A DNA stretch of 64,000 bases from Yuukianura sp. NJ FZ-2021 (lineage: Eukaryota), in NCBI GenBank assembly GCA_046563655.1, contig CM102285.1, forward strand, positions 9,238,001-9,302,000, given 5' to 3'. The translations under genes were made by a program, and so were the position numbers. Shown piece after piece: positions 36,203 through 49,393 of this stretch (positions within the stretch are counted from its first letter, which is position 1; each line of letters opens with the position of its first letter). The notes under the pieces are model-generated. The model was not told the origin of the DNA. It was given only the letters and a program-made list of their open reading frames with translations, and ran no database searches.

Positions 36203-39200
36203 AATCGGACATCAAATTTCGAACTTTTCATATTAAACTCCTACTGGAATGGCTATTTTAGGAGTAAAGATATTTGGTGGTAGAAGAGAAAGTTTTCTTA
36301 GAATATGCTGCCCCTGTAGTGATCGAAATACTTCCGAAATATGTACTCGACTCATCTCTGACTGAATATCTTCAAAAAATATCGAACTTGCATAACGTCA
36401 TTAGGTGCTGACTGTGTTAATCAATTTATTATAAAAAATGTGTTATTATCTATTTATTAACTTTGTCTTGTGCTATCGTCAACTTGTAAAATCCATGTCG
36501 TGCAACACATTATTTATTAAAACCATTTACCATCGGGATCGTTATTTAATTAGAAGCGGTGCTAAATAAAAATTTGTTCCTCAATTTTGACTCATTTTCT
36601 TTTGTGTCGTCTCAGCACCTTTCTTTTTGTAGTTTGAACAAGCCTAGATGAACACATCAGACACAATGGAAAATCTTGTTATAGATGTTTTCGCAGGGAG
36701 CTGTCGTACCTCGTGCTGTCATGTAGCATTGGAAAGCAGTTTAAAGTGAAAGCGCAATAAACAAACCACTAAATCCATAAAGTGGTCGTGGGATGGATTC
36801 CCTTCGTACGGGAACTGGGTCAGGCTTTTCTATTCTACTGGAAGAAATAACATGGCTACATGGCTGGATAACCCTTGACCTCCACGTCCAAGACAAACGT
36901 CTTTTGAAATTCCCTTACATTTTGACACGAACAAATCGATTCGAGAGCTTCTTCACACTGCGGAGAATCTTGTATCGAATTCTCTGCAGTAGTGCCTATA
37001 AAGCTTTATTGGAAATTCAAAGTGGGAAAAAGTGTATTCGGAAACACGTTTTAGTGGAAAAGTTCTGAGGCTCTAACTTTTATGCACCTTACACTCTTTA
37101 CTTTCCTATGCATTCCCTCTCATTTCCATTTTCAAGTGAAAAGTGCATTTTCCCACAAAAGAAATCAAAACTTTAGTGACGGATCTTCTACAGTAGGAAA
37201 AAGAAAATTTAGAAACCTAACGTTTTGAAAAGTTTCGGTTTTCCTGTTGAGAACAAAATCTTTATAACAGTACAATAGTAATCACCAGCATCAGAAAGCA
37301 ATTCCATTTTCTTGCCTGCTGGAAATTCGCTGTTCTAAAATTAGCTTCAACTTGTCCAATTAAAAAGGAATTTTGTAAAACTTTTGAAATTTGCTGAACA
37401 AAGAAAAATATCTATGTCACTAAGAAAGAATAAAGAAACCAGCAGTTCTGCTGAATAATTACAAGTCGAAGTGGAGGAGAAACTAATCGGATTAGATGGT
37501 TAATTAAAAACTTGCTCGTTGAGCCTTTCCTCTTTTTTGTCACACTCACAACTTAAGTTCAAAGTGAAAGTTGGTAATGTGCCTTCAGCATGGAACCTTT
37601 TATCGTGCGCAAGTTAAGATTTCCAACAGGTTTGTAATCTCTCTGAGGCGCTTTTCACCAAAAACCTGAAGTCACTAAGCGACTTTGTTCTAACCATAAG
37701 TTAATCTTGAGAACGAATGGGATCATAAGATCTGATCAAAAGACTGCTGAAAGTCGTCTGTAACTTGGTGTACGTGAGTTCTTAACTCATTCACAGCATT
37801 CACCTGCTTCACCGTGCACTATCCAGTTATACCATGATATGTTATCCAGTTCTGATCGTTCCAGACCACGTACAGAACAAATCTTTCGCTACTTTATCCC
37901 AGATTCTGTCACCCAAGCTCCGCTGAAGATTTGTCTTCATTTGACACAAACAAGCTAGAGTCAGTAAGCAACGAAAGCAAAGTTTGCTCATCAGAAATCC
38001 TCTCGGTCTTACAATTTGCCTAGAATTCTAAACATTCTTGGCTTTGAAAAGCCTAAGTCTGCTTAGAATTTTTCCGGAGGTTTGAATTTCCGAAAATATT
38101 TGCCACCAATACCATATTTTTCTACTTTTCACTTTTCTCAATAGTATCTGGATAACTTAAGATTGAATTGGGGCATTATATCGTCCGCAATGCCGTGAAA
38201 CCAGAGAAGGTGGATCCCAAGACGTGAGTAAATGTTTCCTCTAATACGGATCCCTCTAAATTTCAACCTGACTTTTATGGGACTTCTTATGAAAACTTTC
38301 TCTCCCCAAAGTGCATTTTGCCCAGCAACTTCTCAGTTACGGTCACCGGTGGAAGGAGATCTGAAGCGGTCCAGATTGGGTGGATCCCCGTGCCACACCA
38401 AAACTTATTTCATTTAGAAAATGTTGAAGTGGCTAGTAGAACCTGAACGGTTATGTTCCCTTCATATTTCAGACAAAACATACCTTTTCTTTGCTTCCCG
38501 AGTCGAGAAATTGGAATTCCTCAAATTGGATTTTGAGAAAATATGTGTCATGGACCAATGGATTTCGAAGTCTCTTTGGAGAAAGTTAAAAAATAATAAG
38601 GAAAGTTAATTTTAGCAAATTTGAAATGGGAAATGGATACTCGAAATTTCTCAAAGACTCCAAAGTAGGTTTTATTTGAAAGTGAAAAAACTTTCCTTTT
38701 GAGTTTCACTAGAAGTACTTTCTATGTTTTCGTATTTGCGATCTCGTTTCTCCATGACTTCATTTTTGTTAAAAATGAAAACAGAAAATAAGTTTGGGAT
38801 AGATCGACGCATATAACTTCATTGAAGGTTTGTTTGAAAGTTTTTTTTTTGCTGGACCTATTTCCAGAAGTGAAACAACTTCGGTCGTATCACGAATTGG
38901 AAACATGAAAATTGAAAGGGGAGGGAAATAAATGGGAAATGACGCGTTTTTGAAAACGGAATTTTGAGGAATAAGTTTTATCTTATTCATAGCAAGAAGT
39001 TGAAATTGAAAGTTCTCTACATCTTCCAATACGTCTCTACGTTTGCTTTCTCCGTAATTAGACGTGAATGGGGTTCTTGACTATCAATGTGGCCTCATGC
39101 TCTTTGGCCACGCACGTTGTTTTTTCGTTTTATTTTTTTCTTCAAAATTTCGAGTCGACGATTTCAGTAGAGTTTGACTACGGACTGGTTTCGGTCAGTT

Positions 39201-40126
39201 CATACAACTTGCGGCTGCAAAAGAAAGACCAAATATGCCAAAACACAAAGTTTCAAGGTTTTGCTCTTTACGCCCCAAGATGTACCATTGCTTTTGTCTT
39301 CTTTTAGAACTTTAGACTCCGAATCTTACAAAAATCCCAACTGAACAGTCTAACTCTCTTTAATCTCGTTAGAGTTTGATTCACTTCAATTTGTTATCCG
39401 GGGGTGTATTGGAAAGTCAATTTAACAAGTTTCAGCTTGAAGTTTTCACATCGATAGGCTTTGTATATAAATCAGGGAGTGCAGGATCTCTGTTTTTAAA
39501 TTCTGAAGCCCATGGACATGCAACAGATCCTCCTTCCTGATTTGAATTTGACAGATGAGCTTTTATAAAAAAGTGAAAGCATAAGTCCCTCTTGCTAGAT
39601 CTAGCCTGAGAAAGCATTAAATTCAATTTGAATCACCAACTTCTTTCTAAGGGCCTTGATTCAACTGCCTCTAAAACTCTCTTGCAACACATTTCCTTTC
39701 AAGCATCAGCGTAGTTCTATTCAAGGTCTCTTACACCACTTTTCCATGATTTAAAAAAAATACTGCGAACATTCGCTAAATTTCAAATTCTAGCCGTTCC
39801 AGGAGTCCTAACCTTTCCGATGTTGTTGGAACTAAAGTAGCGTGCTAATCGAGCAATGACGCTGCTGATGTAAAACTTGTCGGATTCGACGTTTTGACGT
39901 CTTTGACATTTGCAAAGTGAAAAAAATTTCAGATACTACAATTTTGAATTTTACCGATTTATGATCCAATGCTAGAGACGTGTGATTCCACTTTTAATCG
40001 ACCAGTTTTTTACCACAATGCAAATTAAGACAGACACTAATTACCTTTACTTCTCCAAAACTTGAAAAAATTACAGTAAATTAACTGTAAACATTTTACC
40101 ATAACTTTAAATTAATCATCTAAATC

Positions 40127-43100
40127 TCAAAACTGCGAAAATATGCTCTTAGCTTTAGTAGCAGCATCAAGATTTTCAAAAGATCGGTCCACCCTGGCCA
40201 TTTTCCTTGGTTGCTTTTCATGTCTCGTGGCAGGGTGGCGAGCAAAATTCTAAAAAATAATCAAAATGAATTCCAGAATTTAACAAAAGTTTTTTTTTTT
40301 CATTGAAAATGTTCAACCATTTCTTTTTTCTCACCTTTCGTTTCCCTTTATTTTTCCCGGCGTCAGGTTCCGGCGGAGTGATTACAGAAAAGACAAAGTT
40401 TCGAGAGTTAACTTTGATTGAATTCGTCGACTCCGTTCCTTTCGTCATTTCAGCAATCTTAGTCAGACCGGCAGGTCCGCGCGCCAAAAACGATCCTCTT
40501 GTGAGCTGAAACGAACAAAAAAAAGCTGAAATTCGAAAATTCCGAAATCCAGAATTCTATTTTTTTATGTTTTGATTTAACTAACCTTTCGAATCGGATC
40601 CTCCGGAGATGCGTAGAGTATTTGTGTTTGTGAATTGATGCTTAATGAAGAGCGTCTGCTTGTCGTTGAAATTGAATCCGTCGCCAGTTGAAATGACGTC
40701 GTAAGTTGCGACTGTGAGTTTTGTCCAGACGAAGACGACACTTCCGACAGTGTAAAGGAGCAACTGCTTTGGATTTTCTTCAACGTGGATTTCCCCAACT
40801 TGAAGTGTTTGCTCTTCTGTAAAAATATTTTCTGTGAATCTTCTTCCTCCGACTGGGTACTCGATTCCAGTGTGGTCTGTGAATTTTCTTTCAGCCAGCG
40901 TGTTTTTTCAGCCTTTTGTTCCTGCCAAAGACGTTCCGCCTCGTCGTCCACTTGAGCCGCTCCACCTTCCTCGTCACCCAGGCCCATGTCAAAGTCGACA
41001 TTATCTGAAAATCAAAAAATATTCATTGAAAACATTTGACTTTTTCTAAACATTATTTTTAACTTCTAATCTCACCGATATGTTTCCACTTGAACTGTTT
41101 CTCCCGCAACTCCCCATCTCCATGAAGGTCACCATCTTCGAGTAAAACATCTTGGAGAAACCGAATCTGCCTGTCATCGTCGTCAATCAAATTTCGAATA
41201 TGCTGCTTCCCAATTTCATGTCGCACAGCCTCTTCGTCAATGTCCTCAAAGTCTCCTTCCTCGTCATCCATTTGGTCCAGGCCTCTTTCATCTTCGTCTC
41301 CAGATCCCTCCTCACTTCCGGACAATTCAGCTTCGTGATCAACAAATTCCCGCCGGATTTTTCCAGACTTTGAAATTAAGCCTTTCGCCGGTGGTGGTGG
41401 TGCAGGTTGTGCTTTGGGCAAAATGACTTCGTTCTCTTCGCTGTCATATCCTCGTTCAAAATCAGCGTCGTCCTCCTCATCTTCACCTCCTTCTGCTATT
41501 TCAGGTTCATCTTCGTCCTCATCATCTAAAAGTCAACGATCAATTGCTTAGCATCTTCAAGTTTTGAAAATATGCTGATTAACGCTGTTCATTTACCGGA
41601 AAATTGGAGACGTCGACTCCTCTTTTTTGGCATTCGACTCACTACGCCTCCTTCTTCGTCATGCCCTTCTGAATTTTTGCCACCCTTGTCCAATTCCTGG
41701 AATAATAGTCTTGTTTTCTTCACTTTTTCTCGCTCAACTTCAACTTTTGGTGTAGAGGGATCCTGTCCTGAAGATGACAAAAGTACTGGATCCACGGCTG
41801 AACTACTATTGCAAGGAGTTGGGGAACCGAAAGCGAAACACTCAGATTCAGCTGGGGTTTGTGGTTGCTGGCTGGGAAATCTTCCAGAACAAATAAATTC
41901 TGGGGAGTCTCTATGCTCTGACTGAGTTTCCGTGGCGGAATTGCTAATCAACTTGGCAATTTCCGTTGGCAGTGGCTTCACTGGCGGTGTTCCTTCCATT
42001 TCTACTTGAAAACTATCCAGAGCCGCCTGGGAATCAAATTTTGACAAAGGTGTACCAGAAATTTTCCTCTGCTCACATTCCCATTGATCTGAAGATGGAA
42101 GATCCTGAAATTAAAAAATCGTAAAACTTAAAAAAAAAATCAAAGATACAGTCTAAAAATCGATGCAAACTCAAAAATTGTTTTCTTACATCCAGTTGTG
42201 ACACAGACGGAGGTAACGGAACTCGTATTGGAGGAGGAGGAGGTAGGATAGGATCGTCCAGAAGTTTTCCAAACTGTCTCTGTGCAGGCGTGATTTGCGG
42301 TGAATCTGATTCCAGCACAAACAAGTCCAGATCAGACGAATAAGGTTGTGGGACAAACCCATCAGTCATCATTGGTTCCTCTTTTACAACAAAGTCCTCA
42401 GAAGTAGCTTCTAGTGGTTCTGGAAGTGGTTCGTCATCCAGTGTGACAACTTCAATGTCTTCATCGGAACTATCCGCTAAGGTGATCACACGACGTAATT
42501 TCTTTGGTTTACGTCCAACTTGGTGTTTCTCTTCTTCCATTTCATCGTCACCTTCTGCTTCAGCCTCTTCGTCATCTTCATCCGACTCATCTTCGTCTTC
42601 TTCATCCCCGTTTAGCTCCGAGTCGGATACATCAGCTTCCTCTTCCACAAAAGCAGATTTCCTAACCTTCTTCTTTTTCCTGCGACGAGCCTCTTTCAGT
42701 GCTTCCGCTTCTTCGTCCGTCTCTTCCGGTTCGCTTTCGGTGCTAAAGTCATCGTCATCCAAAATGTCATCAGCTTCATCCAGCGGTCCTTTCTCTTCCA
42801 GTGTCTTTTCATTTTCATAAATGGAATGATTTTTCAGTTTCTCCTCAAACTCTTTAGCCTTGTTTGCACGAATTTTAGCTTGAAGTCTTTCACGGAATTG
42901 ACTGAATTTGAAGCCTGGTGGTGTGTGTCTGATAGGAGAAATAATAGAATGGTTGAGCGGGTCACCACTGTCTTCATTGTCAGACAAACGCTCAACATAG
43001 TCGACATTATTCACTGTCGATTTCTGATTACCCTGTGAATCCTCCTCCTTGCTGGTTACACTGAAACAAAGAAAAATTGAAAAAATTAGGAGATGCACAC

Positions 43101-45067
43101 TAGGCGTTGCATGGTAAGAAAAACTGAAAAACTTACGTCACGGTGTGGTGTTGCTCTTTTGGTTTCTTGATCGGAGCAGCATGTTTTAGAAATCGGGTCT
43201 TGAGACTCTCAATTCCTTTTGTTTTGGAAGAATTTCGAGACGATCGTTTGGAAGAAGAAAGGTCAATGATTCCACTGCCTTCAAACTTCGGCTTAATGCT
43301 GAGGACTTCAGCATATGCTGGATCCATCTTAAGCATTTCCAGTAAACTTTTCCTAGGGGGTTTCGGTTTGTTGGCTTCCAAGTATTCTTCGAGTGCCGCT
43401 TCCTGGGCTTTAAAATTTCTTTCAATTTCATTCTCAACGTCTGCCGGAACTGGAACTGGATCTGTCGTGGCATTCTGGTTAGCCACACCCGAGGTGGATT
43501 CAAAGTTCGACATTTCGGAAGGTGTGTCCAAGTTGGAATGTTGGCCAATTTGTTGATTCGAATTGGAATCTATTTGAGAACGATTGGAATCGTCGACTTT
43601 TGCTGCGGTTTCTAGAAGTATTTGATCACTAACTAGAACTTCCGAAGGAACTGGCGGAAGAGAGGTCGCGGCCTCCAGTTTCTCGTTCTCATCTGCATCA
43701 ATTTCATGTTGATCTTTGTCCGTTCGCAGTTCAGCTTGAATAGATGATTCCTCAGTTTGCGAAGGAGGAGGAGCTTTCCCTTCGTTCAGATTTAGGTCAT
43801 CGATGTCATCCATGAGGAGGTCATCAAGCTTATCAAAAGCATCGTCCAATTCATCCACTGGTTGATTCTTCTCTGGCACTGGAGCTGACTCTTTACTAAT
43901 ACCGGAGAACCAATCTTGAACTTTTTCTGCGGGTTGTGCTTGTTCAAATTGTGTCAAATCTAGTATTTTCTCTTCATGTGTCTGTGGCGGTGGTGTCGGT
44001 GGACGGAGTTGTTTTAGTTCGGGGTTATAAAATTCAGCCTTTGCTTGAGCTCTTTTGGCCAAAAATTCAGTGAGACTGAGTGCTTTCGGTTTTTCATAAG
44101 GAAGAGACACTGGTTGTTCTCTGATCATTTTCTGAGTTTTGCTTAATGTTTCTTTCATCAACTCCTCCCGTTGTTTGTGCGTAAGCTTCTTGGGTTTTAC
44201 CGCTCCTGATTTCTTACTACTAGCTGGTAAGGCTGTGGTTGAAAGACGTTGATACTCATAATCAATATCGGGTAACGATGGTAAGCAGTCTTCTTCATCT
44301 GAGTCGGAAGGAATGACAAGTTTTTCCTTTGGCCCGGTTGGAGGGTGTGAAGTTTTCCCAGCAACTTGTACAATATCTGATTCATCATCGGAGTCAACAA
44401 GGCCTTGCCATGGTTTAGGATCATCCGCGTCTTGAACAGATGAGGGAGTTCGTCGCTTTGAATTTGAATGTTGTGATAATGGACTTGATGGTTCATCGAC
44501 GTCGCTTTCGTTTGAATCGCTCCATGTCGACTTCCGTTGAACTATCCTTGTAGATTTCTTTTCTGTGGGTCTAACGGTAGAGGTAAAAAAAAAACATGAA
44601 TTAGTTTAGAAAACAAATCCACCCTAATCAATTCGAGAATCATAGTAGATATTTTACTTTTCAGGCGATTTTTTCTCATCAGCGTCAACAAAGTCTTCGT
44701 GTAAGGTTGCTGTTGTTTTCAAACCTTTGTCCTGCTCCTGATCGTGATCAGTTCTGCCCAAATGAAACGACGAATATGACCCGCTATCGGATTCAACATC
44801 AGAGTCGATCAAATTCCTTCGCTTGGTTAGTTTCTTCTTGGGGACAGATCGTATAATACTTAAACCGTCGTCGGAATCCGCCTCAATATTTTTCAATGGC
44901 TCTGCTTCGCTAATAACGAGCTTGTCCATATTGGAATCGCCTTCATCGTAATTTGACGTCTCATTGCCCAAACTTCTCGAATCGCTCAATCTGTCATTTC
45001 CATCAGCAGCGTTGGCGGAATTGCTCATTTGATTCCCTAGAGCTTCAGCGTCGACAAGCGCATCCAT
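40127..45067 (-). CDS. CLSPN: Claspin (replication checkpoint mediator)
   Basis: Multi-exon acidic protein, ATG 45067, stop 40129-40127. Motifs QKMIREQPVSLPYEKPKALSLTEFL, LKTRFLKHA, a long D/E tract, EFICSGRF, FVDHEAELSGSE, IDDDDRQIRFLQDVLLEDGDLHGDG..REKQFKWK, SRNFVF and C-terminal KSIFSQF. Confidence 0.9.
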
Positions 45068-45489
45068 AACTCCGTAGTCCGTTGTTGAAACTTGTCGTAG
45101 TCAGAGTTGAACTAAAATTTAAGAAACCAAACAATTCAATAATAACTGTTTTGTTCTCATTTCTAAACCCATACTAACTACCTATGATAGTACGAAAGTA
45201 CGATAGTTAAGTTAGTACTTACATAAAGTTAGTAACTAAAAGGCGTTTTCCGATTTCCCTATGTTTATGGTACTACTAACATTCATTGTTCGTGGGATGT
45301 TATGCTGGAAATGCAATAAACTTAGGATTTGATTGAAAACAGCCTTACCTTCGGACTCGGAGCTTGGTTATGGTTACTCAGTTTTATTGTTCAGTTTTGT
45401 AAACATTTAATTAGTTTTCGCAAGTTTTGAACAACGTTGAATGAAATGAACGAATGAAAAGTTACAAGATAATAAATGACGGGAAGAGA

Positions 45490-45506
45490 GCGGGAATTTT
45501 CGCGCC
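45490..45506. promoter_or_regulatory. Paired E2F sites in the Claspin/CEP89 bidirectional promoter
   Basis: GCGGGAA immediately followed by TTTTCGCGCC, between two divergent genes, one of them an S-phase gene. Confidence 0.6.
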
Positions 45507-46001
45507 ACAAAGTTTAAAATTTGCCTTGAAAAAAATCGAGACATCTGTGGTGGAACTCCACTTAGAATTTGAACCGCGAGCCCGCGACAAAAAAGTCAAA
45601 ACAAACATCTGTTTGGTCTGTCTCTGTCTGCAGTCTGAGTCTGAGAAATGAGTGTGAGAAAATGAGAAATACTAGAATTAATTTAGAATTTGAATTTAGC
45701 AATTAATTAGTAATTAATATTAATAGCGAAGCTGCTAGTCTTCTTATTGGATCCCGAATTCACTCATTGACTTAATGTTCTTTACTCAATCTTGCGCGTG
45801 TTTACGAAGTTATTATTAAGTTGAAAGTGCTCTTCTTCGACGCTGGAATTAAGGGAGGGGGAGACGACCTTCCAAGATCAAGACCAAGACGGTGATGAAT
45901 CGTATCGATCAAAATAAACACTTTGAACGTTAGCTTTGAATTATGGAATAGGAATAACCTAAACATTTCTTAGAAAGAAGGTCGGGCAGGAAGAGTCAAG
46001 G

Positions 46002-48227
46002 ATGGATAAAACCAAAAATAGGAATAATCATGATCAGCAGGACAAAGCAAAATTATTGGCACAACAAGTGGAGGAACTCACAGCAACGTGTAAATCCTAC
46101 AGACGTGAACTGAAACAGCAAGAACGTAAGGGCGTTCATGTTATTATTTATTTATTAAGGGCGATGTTTATTAGTATTAGGTTTGGATTCAGGATGGGAT
46201 TTGTGATTTGTGTTTGTTTTTTTTTTAAGGAAATCACGCCGAGGAAATAAAGAAAGTGTTAATGGAGAACGATTCGCTTCAGCTCGAGATGGGTCGAGTG
46301 CAGGAGAAGTTAGAACACTGGAAATCTACATGTCAACGTCAGCAAAATGAAAGTGTGGTTCTCGCCAAGTCGAAGTTTGTAAAAAAGGAGAACGATGCTT
46401 TAAAAGAAGATCTGGATGTACTTAAAAGCATAATTGCACGCCTAAACAAGGAACTGGCATTTTACCAATCCCAACTGCGAAAGGAGTATCAGTCGTCTCT
46501 AATCAAAATGCCGCAGTATTCCTCAATAGAGTCAAACTTAAACTCAGACAATGCTTCACAGCATACTGACCTTAATCGTGCTTCCAAGACTCTGCTGCCA
46601 CTTCTTACTGCCTATGACGAATCTATCGAGGAAAAGAACGGAATTATACGAGAACACGAGCGACTAATGGAAGAATTTAAAACTAGACTTCTAGATATCA
46701 CTGAAGAGAACAAGAAGTTGCATGAGCTTGTAGCGGAGTGTAATTCAAAGGTGAGTTAAGAACTACTCTTGATTATAAAACAAACCTTTTTTAATATGTT
46801 TTACTTACAGGGCACAGTTTCCAGTGAAGAATGGAAGACACTTTACGACAATGCAGTGGTGGTGCTTCAAGAAAATGATCTTCTCCATGAGAAAATTGAT
46901 GTTCTGAACAGAAAAATCGCTGTAATGGAATCTACTCATACCGAGAACGGTGAGTTAGTAGCAAACGTTTTTTTTTCCAAATTGTGAATTCAATGGTTTT
47001 GCTGGAGATTTCAGTTGAGAAGCTGAAGAAAAAAGTCATTGCTTTGGACGAAGACAAGAAGAATTTAAATGCTGGTTTGGCACAAATGCAGAATCAATCA
47101 GCCGCTCTGACAGCCCAAATAACAAAGTTGGGTTTGGCGATAAAAGAGCGCATACCAATGGATCAACACGAAGCATCTGTGAATGAGTGTAAACGGTAAG
47201 ATTCTCACGTCATAAGTAATCATATAGATTTATGATTTATTTTATACCATTGATGAATTTACAGCGAATTCGAGCAGTTAAGATCGAAATACAACGAGGA
47301 GAGAAAAGCTTTGAATGAGAAATTGAGTGAGGCTGCTTCGGAGATTGATCGGAATCAGAGGGAAATCTCTACTGCCAAATCTGAAATAGCATCGCTCAAG
47401 GAATCGATCAAAAACTTGGAGAAATCGAACTTGTGAGTTCATACACAGTCGAGTAGAATTAGATGTTGTCCAGTATAAATATATTCCCACGTTTAAATTT
47501 TAGGGAGTACGCGGGAAGCTTGGTTGTGTTGCGGAAGGAACTGTCGATTTCTGTCAAAGCTCTCCAGCTGAATGAATCCAGCGTCAGAGAAATGATGAAG
47601 GTAGCGGAAGCTGTTCAACATGAAAAGGAAGTAGCCGAAAAAAGTTTACTTGATCAGCGTCAGTCCATGGAGAAAATCATGGCCGTTAGGAATCAAGAAG
47701 TGCTCCTGCTGAAAGATTTTGAAGAAAAACTGCGGGTAAATCTTTACAATTTTTTTTTCCAAACTGATAACGTGTGTTGAAATCTGTTTGTGTTTAGGCA
47801 ATTGAAAGAGACTACGAGCAGAAACTACAGCATCATATTTCTCGTGCTTCAAAATTGGAGGAATATTTGGAAACTATTGCGGAAAGACATCAAGCAGACT
47901 TATCGCACCTTCATGATCTAGTCAAGGAGAAGACACTCCATATCGAGACGCTGAATAATGAAAAGAGGTAACCTACTTGGGATTTAGGTTTTGATGTCTG
48001 TTAATCATTTTCATAAAAGGAACTCAGTAAAATTTAAAATTAATAATAGGCAATTGATGGAGGATTTGGAGACGGTCTGGAGAGCTACGACGAAAGAACA
48101 GCAAAGCACTGTGTTTAGCAACAGAGCATCCACCAACAAAGGAATCAACAATACCAAAAAACCAAGTCCTGGAGAAAAACAAGAATCTTCGGCTCAAGTT
48201 CGGCGTGGGTCTGGCGACAATCTTTGA
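46002..48227 (+). CDS. CEP89: Coiled-coil centriolar protein, CEP89-like
   Basis: About 8 exons, approx. 46002-46125, 46230-46750, 46811-46949, 47034-47195, 47264-47432, 47503-47735, 47799-47967, 48050-48227. Motifs LLPLLTAYDESIEEK, VSSEEWKTLYDNAVVVLQENDLLHEK, IPMDQHEASVNECK and LMEDLETVWRA match CEP89 as recalled. The start may lie in upstream exons near 45648-45891. Confidence 0.75.
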
Positions 48228-49103
48228 TACTTGAATTCTATGGTTCACTTTCCTGTTCTTCCAGTTTCATTCGAGTCCCGGATAAAGGTCACTGCCTAAC
48301 CTAGGTAACTAACTGCTCTAGTCAATCCTGTTGCTCTTCGGTCGTGTCGCCGTTCCCTTTACTTGTTTTCATCAAATGGGGCGTGGTCCGTTACAAGATT
48401 TAAAATGTTGGTCAGAATTTGACGAAAGAAAATGGCCATACTTATGCTGAGCTGGAATTTCAGTGGGTGTCTACGCTTAAGGTCGGGTATCAGTATCTTA
48501 CTCGTACTCTCTACGTCCATAATTTAAACCAGTGTTTCCTAAAATTACGTGTTCTTTTTCTGCTGTAACATTTACGATTTAGGAATTTTGGAGGCCAGGG
48601 AAAATTGTGAGCCGTTTTCCAACATTTATTTAAGGAGAGACTGGAGGTCAATAAAAATAACGCCAAAAAACGTTTTGTTGACATGGCAACGACTAAAAAT
48701 TTAGAATTTACAGCCTACGTAATCACGAAAAACCCGAACGGGTGTTCTTTACAATTGAAATTTTGTGCAACAAATGAGTTTCATTGTAAGCTTGTAAGCT
48801 TCACTACCTACATCAGTAACCCAATTATGATCGGTAAACCTAATTGCAACCGAAACCGAATTCAAAATACCGGAAATCCCGCTCTGTCAAATTCAAAATG
48901 TGAGACAGTTGGAAAGTACATTTGATATTTCAATTTACTAGTTACTAATTTCAACTATATTAGCATTAATTAATGAGATTTTTATAAAATTTCAAAGTTT
49001 CGAACCATTCGCAGGTTTTTCTCATGTCGCCACAGTTCTGTTACGTAGTTCGTGAACAGTAAATCGTAAACAAAAAAATCATGCATTTTGACCCAATCTT
49101 TTG

Positions 49104-49393
49104 GGGCAATTGCTGCATGATTGGTACGACACTCAGAAAACTACGACCACACTTTTCGCATTAGCATACGCTGGAAAATATCACTCAAATCTTTTTTTCT
49201 GCCTTTTCATAATCGTTTAGCCGTAGGAAGCAAAATATGGCAAAAATACGATGTTTTCACGAATGTCCTTCAGAAAACCTCTGTTTTCTGGATGAAGCGA
49301 ACAGTTTCCTCAAGAATATTTTCCAGCGTATGCTAATGCGAAAAGTGTGGTCGTAGTTTTCTGAGAGTCGTAGCAATCATGCAGCAATTGCCC
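49104..49393. mobile_element. MITE with 78-bp terminal inverted repeats (possibly PIF/Harbinger-type)
   Basis: 49104-49181 and 49316-49393 are reverse complements at 76/78 positions. Termini GGGC...GCCC, flanks TTG / TTA. Confidence 0.8.

Noticed and set aside
36650..39900. Scattered splice-like sites and short ORFs between the GPCR and Claspin 3' ends
   Set aside because: No consistent spliced reading frame or recognisable motif. A lncRNA cannot be excluded without RNA data.
42443..43556. Ser-rich plus-strand ORFs
   Set aside because: Antisense shadows of the acidic Claspin exons.
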